Virus record (IMG/VR): IMGVR_UViG_3300040801_002079
Coordinates: 186,001-250,000 of that record
Length of the DNA: 64,000 nucleotides
Reading direction: 5' to 3' (one strand)
Positions 31,964-42,229 of the stretch are shown one piece after another (the stretch's first letter is position 1; the number at the start of each line of letters is the position of its first letter). A program made the translations under genes and the position numbers. Under the pieces are notes generated by a model that was not told the DNA's origin, ran no database searches, and saw nothing but the letters and a program-made list of their open reading frames with translations.

Positions 31964-32398
31964 TTATACCTCTGACAAGTATGCATATGAACGATGATAC
32001 TTTTCAAGGCGGTCAAAATCTTTCTTGCGAAGTCCCTTCATTCGCATGATATCAGAATTATGACGAAGGTCAGCAAGTTTAACCCTACGAGCATCCTTGT
32101 TGGTTGCAATGCCCTGAATGTATCGATCATATTCAACATCAGGATCATGTGTTAACAACATCAGTGCTCGAATGACTCGCTCGGAATATCCCCTCTCATA
32201 AAGGTCATCAAACGTTACATCGGTATCCTCAATAAGATCATGCATTACTGCGATCATTCGCAATTCAGGATCATTTGCTGGCATCTGGAGCATAACATGC
32301 ATACAATGTAATGCATATGGCTGTCCTGCTTTGTCAATTTTATCCTTGAATTCAGTAGATACCCACGCAATGGTGTGTGCAAGTAACTTATACGACAT
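31964..32398 (-). CDS. HD-domain small alarmone ((p)ppGpp) hydrolase-like protein
   Basis: GQPY..H, MHDLIEDT, VKLADLRHN. Confidence 0.82.
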   Translation of the reverse strand: MSYKLLAHTIAWVSTEFKDKIDKAGQPYALHCMHVMLQMPANDPELRMIAVMHDLIEDTDVTFDDLYERGYSERVIRALMLLTHDPDVEYDRYIQGIATNKDARRVKLADLRHNSDIMRMKGLRKKDFDRLEKYHRSYAYLSEV

Positions 32399-32559
32399 AA
32401 TTCAAACCCTCACTATAATTGATTTACTAACATCATAACATAAAAATTCAAATAAATCAAAATTAAAAAATCCAATTATATCAATATCCTAAGCTGGGTG
32501 TTATACTGATGTATAACACTATATGACCCTGCTGCTAAATACTTATAAGGAGAACGGTT

Positions 32560-32775
32560 ATGAAATTTTTAGAAATCTTAGGTTTAATATTCTTGATATT
32601 AATTGGCCTTATGCTTGTTCCACTTGCATTGGGAATCACCATAAAGATTTTAGAGGTTGTATTTGGCTTAATTATAGCTGGAATAGTCTTACTAACAGTG
32701 CTGGGAACATTATTGTTACCATTGGCGCTGCTGGCTATTTTCTTTAAATGGGCGTATAGAAAGCTTAAAGAATAA
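32560..32775 (+). CDS. small membrane protein
   Basis: AAGGAG RBS, fully hydrophobic. Confidence 0.6.
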   Translation: MKFLEILGLIFLILIGLMLVPLALGITIKILEVVFGLIIAGIVLLTVLGTLLLPLALLAIFFKWAYRKLKE

Positions 32776-32777
32776 AG

Positions 32778-32853
32778 TGGTGGACCGAGAGAGGATCGAA
32801 CTCTCGACCTCTGCCGTGCAAAGGCAGCGCTCTCCCATCTGAGCTACCGGCCC
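32778..32853 (-). tRNA. tRNA-Ala(TGC)
   Basis: G3:U70, loop TTTGCAC, CCA. Confidence 0.95.
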
Positions 32854-32855
32854 AC

Positions 32856-33215
32856 TTATATCCAGTTTAGAAAATCTGGACTTGCTTCAACCATTTTAAT
32901 AATTTCAGGGGCATCCTCTTTATTCACAACAACGTTATCATATATATAAACAATATCCCTTTCTAAATCATATCTACGCTGAGCAATCTTTTTTGCGTAT
33001 TCAGATGCAGCAGAAATAAAATCTTCAGTCGATTTATGTCCCCTCATATAATAGGGAAGCATCATGGGATCACGATCCCACAATGTTAGCCAATGATCAA
33101 TTGTGTCATCATAATATTCTTCAACTGTTTCATATTTTGGAGCATCGGGTTTCCGTAAATAATAGAGATATCCGTACTTGTGTCCAAATTTTTCTAATTG
33201 TGATTCTACTGACAT
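32856..33215 (-). CDS. hypothetical, paralog of neighbour
   Basis: MSVESQLE..PKYETVEEYY. Confidence 0.6.
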   Translation of the reverse strand: MSVESQLEKFGHKYGYLYYLRKPDAPKYETVEEYYDDTIDHWLTLWDRDPMMLPYYMRGHKSTEDFISAASEYAKKIAQRRYDLERDIVYIYDNVVVNKEDAPEIIKMVEASPDFLNWI

Positions 33216-33216
33216 A

Positions 33217-33549
33217 TCAATCCCACGCTATGAAATCATCTTTATCTTCAATTCTTTTACAGCGAAGATATACAGATTCCATGTCATCAACATAAACCCG
33301 TAATGTCATAGGAACGGGGGTTTCATCACGATCAGCATCATAATTTTCTTGGGCGCGAGTCATGGCTAGGTCTTCCAAGTCTGCACCCCCATAAAAATCA
33401 GGATCAAAGTATGCCGTGGTAGAAACAATGACATATTCGTTTTCATAATACTCATCAAGTGTTTCAAACTCGGGAGTTATATAGACAGTGTATGTCAGGA
33501 TTAGGGGTTCTCCGGGAACCCCAGCTTCAAGTTGACTCTGTAAAGACAT
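33217..33549 (-). CDS. hypothetical, paralog of neighbour
   Basis: MSLQSQLE..PEFETLDEYY. Confidence 0.6.
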   Translation of the reverse strand: MSLQSQLEAGVPGEPLILTYTVYITPEFETLDEYYENEYVIVSTTAYFDPDFYGGADLEDLAMTRAQENYDADRDETPVPMTLRVYVDDMESVYLRCKRIEDKDDFIAWD

Positions 33550-33884
33550 TATGCTTGTTCGATTAATGCACCCAACGCATTCTTCTTAACAGAGCGGATA
33601 CCAAACCAGCGGCTCACCTTCCAGTTATATGCTTCACTGGTTCCGATGACCTTGTTGTTTCCCGCACGAAGATTGAAATAATATTTTCCATCCGCGCCAA
33701 CAAACTTCTGGTATGCGTCTGGATTCGTTGAGTTCTTTCGAACTGATGCAATTCCATTCATCATACCCTGTCTGGATTCATAATCCTCGGACACAAGAAT
33801 TACTTCCCCATTACCTGCTAATAATACAAAGTAATCTTTGCCTGACACTGTTTTACGTAATTCGTATCTTGCTTCACCCATCAT
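33549..33884 (-). CDS. YegP/DUF1508 family protein
   Basis: two repeats YF.L.AGN..VI..SE.Y..GI.SV.KN. Confidence 0.85.
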   Translation of the reverse strand: MMGEARYELRKTVSGKDYFVLLAGNGEVILVSEDYESRQGMMNGIASVRKNSTNPDAYQKFVGADGKYYFNLRAGNNKVIGTSEAYNWKVSRWFGIRSVKKNALGALIEQA

Positions 33885-33905
33885 TTTCTCCTAATAAAAT
33901 CTATT

Positions 33906-34685
33906 TTAACTATTACGCCGCCGCAATATCTTAATATTACGATCTTTCAACTTCTTTGACAAATACGCTGATCCCACTCTATCCTGTCCCTTGGATATAT
34001 TAAAATGTCTTAAGGTTTTACTAACAGACCCATTAGTATTAAAAACCTCAATAATTTGGTCCATATTGTCATCAATCCATTTATAATGTGGTGCCCTATA
34101 ATACATCCTGCATTTTTTACTACAAAACCTATGCTTGCCATAAGTAGTAAAAGATTCACCACAAAACTGACAATCTTTAGTTACAGCACACTTTTCCTTT
34201 TTATAGGTTATCTCCCTTATAGCATTATTAAAACTAGCGGAACAACTTGCATTACAAAATTGATTCAATCTTTTCTCATATGGTAACTCACTATTGCACT
34301 GGGTGCACCGCTTCGGGTTATTTTCATATTCCTCTCGTATGAGTTTAGCCTTTGCATAAGCCCCGTTGCGTCCTCGTTGAGCGTAGTCATCACTGGACGT
34401 TAAATCATTTACATGATCCCATCCACCACTTCCTCCGTTCTTAATATTATATGAATCTGGATCACCGGGATCAACCAATTCAAATTCCATTAAAAACATG
34501 TCTTCCGGGTTATCAAACACAGCTAAAATTTCTTTCTCAAAATTCTCAATTCCGTATTTTTTAATGGCTCTTTTTAAAACCTTACCTGAACCCATATACC
34601 CATCATCTAAATTAACGGTCTTATGGCAACCTATATAAAACCTGCCGTTAACTTTATTCATTATCTTGTAAACTATAAAATGCAT
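33906..34685 (-). mobile_element. GIY-YIG (Seg-like) homing endonuclease
   Basis: [28 protein letters not shown]; start at MHFIVY after CATAAATA. Confidence 0.85.
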
Positions 34686-34749
34686 AATAGTATTTATGCA
34701 TTTTGTAAACGCAAGATAACGTTTCGACTGACATGACATCAGTCCAATG

Positions 34750-34823
34750 TGCCGGTAGACGGACTCGAACCGCCAACATCCTGATTACAAAACAGGCGCT
34801 CTACCAATTGGAGCTACACCGGC
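34750..34823 (-). tRNA. tRNA-Thr(TGT), no encoded CCA
   Basis: loop TTTGTAA; 3' end reads A-CAT. Confidence 0.9.
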
Positions 34824-34830
34824 TTATTCC

Positions 34831-35280
34831 CTATAATTTTCTCACTAAACTTGCCACATCAATATCGATATTAAACTCTTCAGATAATTGCGTCAAGTCA
34901 TCATATAAAAGAGAAGTTAATTCTCTAGTCTTGAACGGAACAATTGCATCTTTAATCTCATGAAATTGTTTCAGTCCTTCATATTCCTTATTTAGCTGTT
35001 CTAGAAGAGTGCGTAACATCACATATTCGCCCACCAATGGATTAACAACTCGCTCATTACAGCCAAGAATATGTGACACCTCAATGTCCCGAACAATGGA
35101 CAATGCCATCAACTGCAAATCAAACAGGTCTAATGACGAATCCCATTTGGTAGGTTTATCACATGCTTCTCGAATTGCATTTTCACGCTTGGGTTTCATT
35201 GTATCCGGAAGAATGCTTGGGGGATACACTAATAGACGGGCCTTTAGGCTCTCAAAATACTCTGCGCTTTTATATTTCAT
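34831..35280 (-). CDS. hypothetical protein
   Basis: coupled ORF. Confidence 0.55.
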   Translation of the reverse strand: MKYKSAEYFESLKARLLVYPPSILPDTMKPKRENAIREACDKPTKWDSSLDLFDLQLMALSIVRDIEVSHILGCNERVVNPLVGEYVMLRTLLEQLNKEYEGLKQFHEIKDAIVPFKTRELTSLLYDDLTQLSEEFNIDIDVASLVRKL

Positions 35281-35543
35281 AACACACGCTTTAAGTCATA
35301 CACCCATTTAATTTCATCGCCAGATAAACTTCGATCCCATATAGCAACCTCATCGATATGAAGGTTGTATTTCTTAGCAATATATTTTGCATCTTCATAA
35401 TTGTCAACGGGGCACATAGGAGTTCCATGAGGATACTCCAATTCTTTAACAGTATTACGAGCTAAAAGACTTGGCGCTGCTGCAACACCAACTGCACCCA
35501 CTACTGCACCCGGAACTAATTTCAAAAAGTTTCTACGTTTCAT
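35277..35543 (-). CDS. Tat-signal protein with LamG-like C-terminal fragment
   Basis: MKRRNFLK; HIDEVAIWDRSLSGDEI. Confidence 0.6.
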   Translation of the reverse strand: MKRRNFLKLVPGAVVGAVGVAAAPSLLARNTVKELEYPHGTPMCPVDNYEDAKYIAKKYNLHIDEVAIWDRSLSGDEIKWVYDLKRVL

Positions 35544-35923
35544 AACTTAAATTCCTGAATAAAATCCATTTCACCAACAAAATCGCCTATCGTGGTAAAC
35601 GTCTGCCATGTCTCCTTTCTACCATGTATATCGTTTTGTACGATAGCCCCGTCCTTTAATTTCTCAGCCGCATCACCAGTAATTCTCCAGCCATGCCCGA
35701 ACTCAATCAATTCATCGGAATGTGCTGATACTTCGGCTTCATTCTTCATAAAGTCATAAAGTTCTTTAACCGTATAATGTTCACCTTCACCAATATAATG
35801 AATGTTACCGTTACTATCTACCCAGAACGGGTTGTTCTGTGTAGCCATAGCTACTAGTGGTGACGCACCAATTGCTCCTGCCGTTAGTGTTATTACAAAT
35901 TCTCTGCGTTTCATACGGAACAT
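35540..35923 (-). CDS. Tat-signal protein
   Basis: MKRREFV + hydrophobic stretch. Confidence 0.6.
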   Translation of the reverse strand: MFRMKRREFVITLTAGAIGASPLVAMATQNNPFWVDSNGNIHYIGEGEHYTVKELYDFMKNEAEVSAHSDELIEFGHGWRITGDAAEKLKDGAIVQNDIHGRKETWQTFTTIGDFVGEMDFIQEFKL

Positions 35924-35947
35924 TATACCACGCTATAACGTGTAAGT

Positions 35948-36631
35948 CTAGCCAGTTTCATAAATGGGTGCGTAGAATACGCCGGGAGAATGGACATTCA
36001 TATGATATCTTTGCTCAACCCATACGTTACGTTTAGGATTCAAATCATCCGGATCAACATATAAACTTCTGTAACCATAATATTTTAAAGTTAAATCATA
36101 CACCCCAGTGCGATTTACCACATTAATCACGCCCTTATATTCATAAAATTTATCACCGACATCATTTACTACATGTAGTTTATGCACCAATTTGGGGTCC
36201 ATAGCCCCCAATAATTGAACGGATGATAGGTAGATATCATCTTCGTCCACAATCAACCCACCGTATAAATGCTCCATGGTGGATGATGTTACCGTCCATC
36301 CATTTCTTAGTGATATAATTGTATCCGTGTGTCGATCTGAGGGGTTATCAAAAAACTCCCCAGTATAGATTGCGTCATCAGCCCAGTCTTGAAGATAGCG
36401 GTGTAACGCCACAACAGCCAAATAAGGTTTATCAGAATTAAGCGGGTATAAATCAATCACCCTGTTGGTCACATTCATTCCAAACTCTGAAATATCTGAA
36501 GAAACTGGGTCATATGTTCCCAATACATCCTGTCCAATTATAAGTTCATCATCTTGTGAGAATACTTCCCCAACCTTAATAGTTAAGGGTGATGAATATA
36601 GTAAACCCTTTAATAGCGTTCTGCGTTTCAC
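35948..36631 (-). CDS. Tat-signal-like protein
   Basis: MKRRTLLKG. Confidence 0.6.
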   Translation of the reverse strand: MKRRTLLKGLLYSSPLTIKVGEVFSQDDELIIGQDVLGTYDPVSSDISEFGMNVTNRVIDLYPLNSDKPYLAVVALHRYLQDWADDAIYTGEFFDNPSDRHTDTIISLRNGWTVTSSTMEHLYGGLIVDEDDIYLSSVQLLGAMDPKLVHKLHVVNDVGDKFYEYKGVINVVNRTGVYDLTLKYYGYRSLYVDPDDLNPKRNVWVEQRYHMNVHSPGVFYAPIYETG

Positions 36632-37134
36632 TTCTTCTTACTAACCTTCTTCTTAGTGGTTTTCTTCTTGGCTTTCTTTTTAGTGGCCTTCTTTTTTGCG
36701 ACTTTCTTTTTAGATGTCTCAGTGGTCGGTTCTTCATCTACTAACTCACCTTCTGATAACACCTCAGCGGTTTTCTCCAGAGCCGACTCCATTGCTCGTT
36801 TGACTTCTTCAGGCAACTCGGCCTGTTCCGTCTCTGTGTTCTCAGGCTTAACTGGGGGGCGAATACGGCAAGGGTTCTGCTGAGTATGAATGTTAACGGC
36901 TGCAACAATATTAAGATCATCCATTGTTGCATCACGCTGTGCCATTCTGCACAAATCAATATAATACATAATATGATCAATTGTCACTTCGTCAGTCCAT
37001 GCCTCAAAATCTTCGGGATATCCCCTGCGGGCACGTTTGGTATATTCGACTGCGTGGACTAACCACTTATAGTCGCGGCGAGGCACTAAGTCATAAATTC
37101 GTTTCTGTAATTCATCTGAAAAGTATAGTTCCAT
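36628..37134 (-). CDS. hypothetical with Lys-rich histone-H1-like tail
   Basis: KKKVAKKKATKKKAKKKTTKKKVSKKK. Confidence 0.7.
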   Translation of the reverse strand: MELYFSDELQKRIYDLVPRRDYKWLVHAVEYTKRARRGYPEDFEAWTDEVTIDHIMYYIDLCRMAQRDATMDDLNIVAAVNIHTQQNPCRIRPPVKPENTETEQAELPEEVKRAMESALEKTAEVLSEGELVDEEPTTETSKKKVAKKKATKKKAKKKTTKKKVSKKK

Positions 37135-37145
37135 AATTTTTCCTC

Positions 37146-37640
37146 TTATACGTATGGGCTTCTGTATGATGGTAAATGTCTTGATCTAGAGTCAAAATCC
37201 AATGTTACAACGGCGGGGGTTCGATATGCCGGAACCACCATATCTACGCCATGCATATGCAATGTATGTCTGCACCTAACTCTAAAATTAACATGACTTG
37301 GACATGAATGATAAAATTTAACATATCCATCAGTGTCTGTTACATCATTAACGAAAAGATCACGTTCTTCCACAGTTTTAATCCCCTCTTGAGACTTTGA
37401 ATTATCCCAAACCGCTACACGGGCATTGGGGACAGGCACTCCGTCTATATCCAGCACTAGAACCCGAAACCATTGTCCAATCTCACTATCGTGTGGTGGA
37501 GCAATATCCTCGTAGTTAATGGTTTTAACATTGGAGGTTGGCTCCATTGCTTGATCTTGATTTTGTTTAAGCGGAGCAATCCTCGTCTTTGACGGTTTTG
37601 CAACACGAGTTGAAGTTATTAATGATTTTCTATTATTCAT
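37146..37640 (-). CDS. hypothetical with prealbumin-like beta-sandwich
   Basis: VLD.DG.PVPNARV..TDTDGYV. Confidence 0.55.
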   Translation of the reverse strand: MNNRKSLITSTRVAKPSKTRIAPLKQNQDQAMEPTSNVKTINYEDIAPPHDSEIGQWFRVLVLDIDGVPVPNARVAVWDNSKSQEGIKTVEERDLFVNDVTDTDGYVKFYHSCPSHVNFRVRCRHTLHMHGVDMVVPAYRTPAVVTLDFDSRSRHLPSYRSPYV

Positions 37641-37706
37641 GACTTTACCATATTATTATAGTATGAAATCATAAAACTAAAGGCATGTCAACACCCTTTT
37701 AAAAAT

Positions 37707-37782
37707 TGGTGGGCCGTGCAGGACTCGAACCTGCAACCAATAGATTAAAAGTCTACTGCTCTACCAATTGAGCTAACGGCCC
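37707..37782 (-). tRNA. tRNA-Lys(TTT), canonical
   Basis: loop CTTTTAA, CCA. Confidence 0.95.
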
Positions 37783-38079
37783 AAATAAGTTGCAACATAT
37801 TACGAGTTGTCCCCTCGTAGGGGGTGTAATTCGCAACATATTACTACTTATGGTTTAGATTATACCTGCGATTGAGGTATAGTAGGCATAAGCAATCAGA
37901 CCTGTAACAATTGACGCTACGCCCTGCACAAACATTCTAGCTCTCATTTCATTTCTCCTTTAATCAAGTTAGGTTGGTGAGAAAGAACGGTCTAAATGTT
38001 CACTTCTATTTATCAAAGTTATCACTCTTTGAAAATATTATAACTCTTTGATATTACAGAATTATTACAGTTTTTAAAT

Positions 38080-38156
38080 TGGCCCCCACTGAGGGACTTG
38101 AACCCCCAACCCTCGGTTTCGAAGACCGATGCTCTATCCAATTGAGCTAAGTGGAG
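38080..38156 (-). tRNA. tRNA-Arg(TCG)
   Basis: loop CTTCGAA, CCA. Confidence 0.92.
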
Positions 38157-38163
38157 ATATGTT

Positions 38164-38251
38164 TGGTGGGACCGGCAGGATTCGAACCTGCAATGGGATT
38201 TCTCCGCCTGATTAAGAGTCAGGTACCTTCAGCCAATTCGGTCACGATCCC
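38164..38251 (-). tRNA. tRNA-Lys(CTT) with long variable arm
   Basis: loop CTCTTAA, 15-nt variable region, CCA. Confidence 0.85.
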
Positions 38252-38396
38252 CGTGCTTGGTAGGCTTCTAATCCAATTTTGCCCATCATAAACAACCCAA
38301 AAAACGGGAATGCTAAAACATACAATGGAGTAGTAATAAAAGCCAATAAAAATAATCCTATGCGTTTTAAAGTTTTCATAAACTCATTATAGCATA

Positions 38397-39869
38397 CTAT
38401 TTAAAATCATGAAAGAGCCACCAGTTAATCTTTTTGCCTGTTCTTATGGTGAACACCTTGGCAACATGTCTAGCCCCGAACGCCATAGCAAACAATAACG
38501 CCAATAGAATACCAAACCATGTATGTTGCACAAAGGCAAAATATAAAAAGTTTTCAAAAGTCGATGGGACGAGTGTCATAAACCCATTATATAAGCGAGA
38601 ATTAACACTTGGATCAAATTCAGAAGAACTGAAATACCAAACCAATATTGCAGTAAATAGAGTCAATTCCGTTATGACATGATATAGCACAGTTCGAATC
38701 ATATGCAACATGTTAATTCTGGATTTCAGTTTTTTAACATCATCAACGCCCACTTCGTACACGATAGGTGGTTGATCTTGTTTTGTTCCAACAATTTCAA
38801 ATTTATTGGGAAACACTGGTGCATATCTTCTTAATGAAATTCGTTCAAACACAGAGTCATGTATTTTTATATTACCCTCAACCATCGTCTCAGATATATC
38901 CCGTATATGACGAGGAGAATATCTATAATATCCCATTATCCCACGCCGTGAATCTGGTAGTGAGCCACCGGGGTTCATTCCATCTTTAACATCTGACCAT
39001 AAATTAGGGTTAAATATCACCCCATGAGATGCTGCCCTTTCCATCATCCAGTCTAGTGTAATCATTGATAAGCCTGTACGCTCTAATCCGCCTCCCACAT
39101 TACTGTGTCCTCCTGCAAACCAGACTTGTTCAATGTGTTGAGGACGTTCTGTATCATTTTCATTCCATAGGTTAGGATGAAAAGACTTTCTTTCATCATC
39201 TATAGCTAATGCATGATATGCGTGTTTTACATTTTTATCCAATTGAAATTCATAGTATCGATGAGGGAAAAATACATTTGTTATTTTATCTATGAGCATT
39301 GATAAGCCGATCACAAGCCAAGAAGAGTCTTTAGGGAATCCCAGTGCTTCAACTGTGTCCCATGCACCAATCATTTCAATGTCCACACTTCCGTGGGTTT
39401 TCCTAGCTTTAAAATCTTCTAGTTCGTCTTTGTACTTTTCAGAACGTTTATATAGACGCAAAGCTTTTAAACACTCAATTGTAAATTTAATTCTATCCAA
39501 TCTACCGCTCGTGGTTACAACTTTAGAATCTTTCTTTAAAAGACCAACCCTCTGTATCATACCGACTGCTGCCCTAACTGTAGCGGCTCCGCGACTGAAC
39601 CCGAAGAAAAATATTTTATCTCCCGGTTCATAATGCCTAGCTAGATATCCATAAAGATTTAATACATTTTTTTGAAAACCGAAGCCAAATGCTCCAGACA
39701 GTAAACGCATAAAACCTAAGCCCTTTGAGCCTATACCATCATCATAGTATGCAATCTGGGTTGTATTCTGTGTATCTACAGCCTTATAAAGCTGAAACAC
39801 ATTGGTGTTGAGTATTGCTCCGCCAGCCTTACCTGTACCATCTGAGCATAAAATAATATTCTTGGACAT
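38397..39869 (-). CDS. DUF2235/Tle1-like alpha/beta hydrolase with C-terminal TM helices
   Basis: LCSDGT, GFSRGAA, WDTV, HALAIDDER, QVWFAGGHSNVGGG. Confidence 0.9.
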   Translation of the reverse strand: MSKNIILCSDGTGKAGGAILNTNVFQLYKAVDTQNTTQIAYYDDGIGSKGLGFMRLLSGAFGFGFQKNVLNLYGYLARHYEPGDKIFFFGFSRGAATVRAAVGMIQRVGLLKKDSKVVTTSGRLDRIKFTIECLKALRLYKRSEKYKDELEDFKARKTHGSVDIEMIGAWDTVEALGFPKDSSWLVIGLSMLIDKITNVFFPHRYYEFQLDKNVKHAYHALAIDDERKSFHPNLWNENDTERPQHIEQVWFAGGHSNVGGGLERTGLSMITLDWMMERAASHGVIFNPNLWSDVKDGMNPGGSLPDSRRGIMGYYRYSPRHIRDISETMVEGNIKIHDSVFERISLRRYAPVFPNKFEIVGTKQDQPPIVYEVGVDDVKKLKSRINMLHMIRTVLYHVITELTLFTAILVWYFSSSEFDPSVNSRLYNGFMTLVPSTFENFLYFAFVQHTWFGILLALLFAMAFGARHVAKVFTIRTGKKINWWLFHDFK

Positions 39870-39887
39870 GAATATATTTATTTAAAT

Positions 39888-39975
39888 TGGTGGGACCGGC
39901 AGGATTCGAACCTGCAACGGGATTTCTCCTCCGGATTAAAAGTCCGGTACCTTCAGCCAATTCGGTCACGATCCC
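39888..39975 (-). tRNA. tRNA-Lys(TTT) with long variable arm
   Basis: near-identical to 38164-38251, loop CTTTTAA. Confidence 0.85.
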
Positions 39976-39981
39976 TTAATT

Positions 39982-40058
39982 TGGCACCCATGGTAGGAGT
40001 CGAACCTACACCTTCGGCCTTCGTAGGACCGCGCTCTATCCAGTTAAGCTACATGGGC
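39982..40058 (-). tRNA. tRNA-Arg(ACG)
   Basis: loop CTACGAA, CCA. Confidence 0.93.
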
Positions 40059-40229
40059 ATAGTTACATACTGACTTCCGATTTGAATCAATCTCCTGTTC
40101 CACACCATCCGATTTGCAACTCTTCCAGTGCTTCCACCTCAGATTCCAATTGCCATGTTCCATATCATATCATGTGCACATCAATGATATGGGGAAGTTT
40201 AACATTCGATAACTTTCAGTATGTAAAAA

Positions 40230-40307
40230 TGGTAGCGGGGGCAGGATTCGAACCTGCGTTCTCAGGGTTATGAACCCCGTATGTTGACCGGACTACACCA
40301 CCCCGCA
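40230..40307 (-). tRNA. initiator tRNA-fMet(CAT)
   Basis: GGG:CCC anticodon stem, 1:72 mismatch, CCA. Confidence 0.9.
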
Positions 40308-40308
40308 A

Positions 40309-40701
40309 TTATAACAATTCGAGATTACCTGTATACTTATCCAGTATCTCAGGGTCTGCTGGGCCAACCGCTAGACATGTATAGGTTGGCTCTTTGAATT
40401 CGGTTCTACCTTCGTCCTGAATTAAAGCGTGATGTTCAAGACCCCTGACATCCCTAATTTCTTCATAAAGATCAAGTAACTCTCTTTCAGAATCAACACT
40501 AACGCAAATCTTAGTGAACTTACCGTTTAACCATGCATTCATCTGAGGAGTTAAAGGAATAACCCTATGTCCTCTTTCACCATAATTGGAAAGGTTAATG
40601 GAGTCTTTTAAAATAGCACCCATTGATGCGTGTGCACCTTGCGCAACCATTTTACCCTTACGCATGTTTAAATCTTTGCGCATTACAATTACTTGTTTCA
40701 T
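40309..40701 (-). CDS. peptidyl-tRNA hydrolase, Pth2 family
   Basis: KQVIVMRKDLNMRKGKMVAQGAHA, IQDEGRTEF, TCLAVGP. Confidence 0.92.
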   Translation of the reverse strand: MKQVIVMRKDLNMRKGKMVAQGAHASMGAILKDSINLSNYGERGHRVIPLTPQMNAWLNGKFTKICVSVDSERELLDLYEEIRDVRGLEHHALIQDEGRTEFKEPTYTCLAVGPADPEILDKYTGNLELL

Positions 40702-40910
40702 TACCTCATTCCCCAGCTACCATGTTGTGTTATAAAAATAGTAGTTCTATCAGCCGAGACATAAAACATTCCATCATAGAACTCTGCGAAATCATCTAGT
40801 GAACCTGAAAATTCCCAATCCCCCGTATCCAAATTTACATCGCAAATTCTCTTCAACTGTTCATGAGTTGATTTGCTACTACCATGATATTCATAAACTC
40901 TATATTTCAT
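40701..40910 (-). CDS. hypothetical protein
   Basis: coupled small ORF. Confidence 0.55.
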   Translation of the reverse strand: MKYRVYEYHGSSKSTHEQLKRICDVNLDTGDWEFSGSLDDFAEFYDGMFYVSADRTTIFITQHGSWGMR

Positions 40911-40919
40911 ATCTCTTTC

Positions 40920-41174
40920 CTATATTGAGAATATATGATAACCCTTCTTTTCCATAGAATCAAGAAAGTCCTCGGCTGATACTATGCCCAAATATTGCGA
41001 ATCGGGCGATACGTCAACGTCCTTCTTTAATAGATAAAGCTCTTTAAGATGTTTAAAGTCTTGAGATACATCACTTTCTACTGGAAAGGCGGCATACCAT
41101 TTCCTATCCAAGAGCTTACAAACCTTTGATTTATATATGTTTACTCTCATATTTTCTCTCATTTGATCTGACAC
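40920..41174 (-). CDS. hypothetical protein
   Basis: small ORF in operon. Confidence 0.5.
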   Translation of the reverse strand: MSDQMRENMRVNIYKSKVCKLLDRKWYAAFPVESDVSQDFKHLKELYLLKKDVDVSPDSQYLGIVSAEDFLDSMEKKGYHIFSI

Positions 41175-41184
41175 TCTCTCATAA

Positions 41185-41502
41185 TTAATATTGACAACAC
41201 GTTAATTCGCCAGATGGGTATACACACAAAGCAACGGTGTAATCATGATCATCTTCTCTCCATGTGTATTTGGTTGAGAGCCTAACCCCTCCATCACTTT
41301 CAGTGCATAATATATTAAACGAATGTATTAAATCATTCCACTCTAATTTTTCCATCAAATTCCATGCATCATCTTCAATTTTTTCAAAGGTAGAAGACGT
41401 TGCCGGTTCAAAAAAATATTTTTCCAAAATGTCGCTCATTCTAATTTTTATAACATCATTTAATTCAGTTGGGGTCATTATTTTATCTCCATTTTCTCTC
41501 AT
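41185..41502 (-). CDS. hypothetical protein
   Basis: small ORF in operon. Confidence 0.5.
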   Translation of the reverse strand: MRENGDKIMTPTELNDVIKIRMSDILEKYFFEPATSSTFEKIEDDAWNLMEKLEWNDLIHSFNILCTESDGGVRLSTKYTWREDDHDYTVALCVYPSGELTCCQY

Positions 41503-41508
41503 TTAATC

Positions 41509-41585
41509 TGGCACCCTCGGCAGGACTCGAACCTGCAACCTTCTGGTTAGAAGCCAGATGCTCTATCCAATTGAGCTACAAGGGC
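41509..41585 (-). tRNA. tRNA-Arg(TCT)
   Basis: loop CTTCTAA, CCA. Confidence 0.95.
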
Positions 41586-41586
41586 T

Positions 41587-41913
41587 TTAATACTTTCTAA
41601 GTAACGGCTGTATACTACCATCAGTTTTAAATCTAATAATAAGGGATGATCCTTCAAAGTGCCACTGTGCACTGAACTCTCCTGACGGATTTACTGTCAA
41701 TGACGGGCGATATTCGAAAAACTTTAATAATGCAAACAATGAAACATCATTGACCGGCTCTCCCTCATCTTCAGCTTCATCTATTAACCAACGAATCCTT
41801 TCAGCAATAGCATGGTTAGCATTTGCCTGATTTGGCAACCATTGACATAACATTTCGTCAGTTTTATCCATCATCTTCACTCGTCGGTGCCGGAAATAAA
41901 GTTCCAAACTCAA
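41587..41913 (-). CDS. hypothetical protein
   Basis: ORF; start probably internal Met. Confidence 0.5.
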   Translation of the reverse strand: MSLELYFRHRRVKMMDKTDEMLCQWLPNQANANHAIAERIRWLIDEAEDEGEPVNDVSLFALLKFFEYRPSLTVNPSGEFSAQWHFEGSSLIIRFKTDGSIQPLLRKY

Positions 41914-42229
41914 AGTGGGTTACTTCATTCCCATCAAGACTACCAACTCCAGCGATAGTAAGAGTTTCGGATACAAGTTCAAAATCTTTCACTATCTTAC
42001 CATTGAATGTAACTTTATTATCCTTGATATCATATGATGTTATAAACCCTATAATATCGGAAGGTTCCTGTACAATTCCTTTCTTTGTTACTGGCAACCC
42101 TCTATCGGAATCAAGTGCCTTAATGATTGCCTTCTCAAACATATCAGGATCATACACATGACCACCGGAATTTTCTTCGCCTAACATGAAGTTTAGTTCC
42201 CCTGAGAATTCTGTAGTTTGTTCACCCAT
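41864..42229 (-). CDS. hypothetical, weak prohead-protease-like fold
   Basis: NSGGHVY..F.KAI resembles gp21 N-terminus. Confidence 0.45.
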   Translation of the reverse strand: MGEQTTEFSGELNFMLGEENSGGHVYDPDMFEKAIIKALDSDRGLPVTKKGIVQEPSDIIGFITSYDIKDNKVTFNGKIVKDFELVSETLTIAGVGSLDGNEVTHFEFGTLFPAPTSEDDG

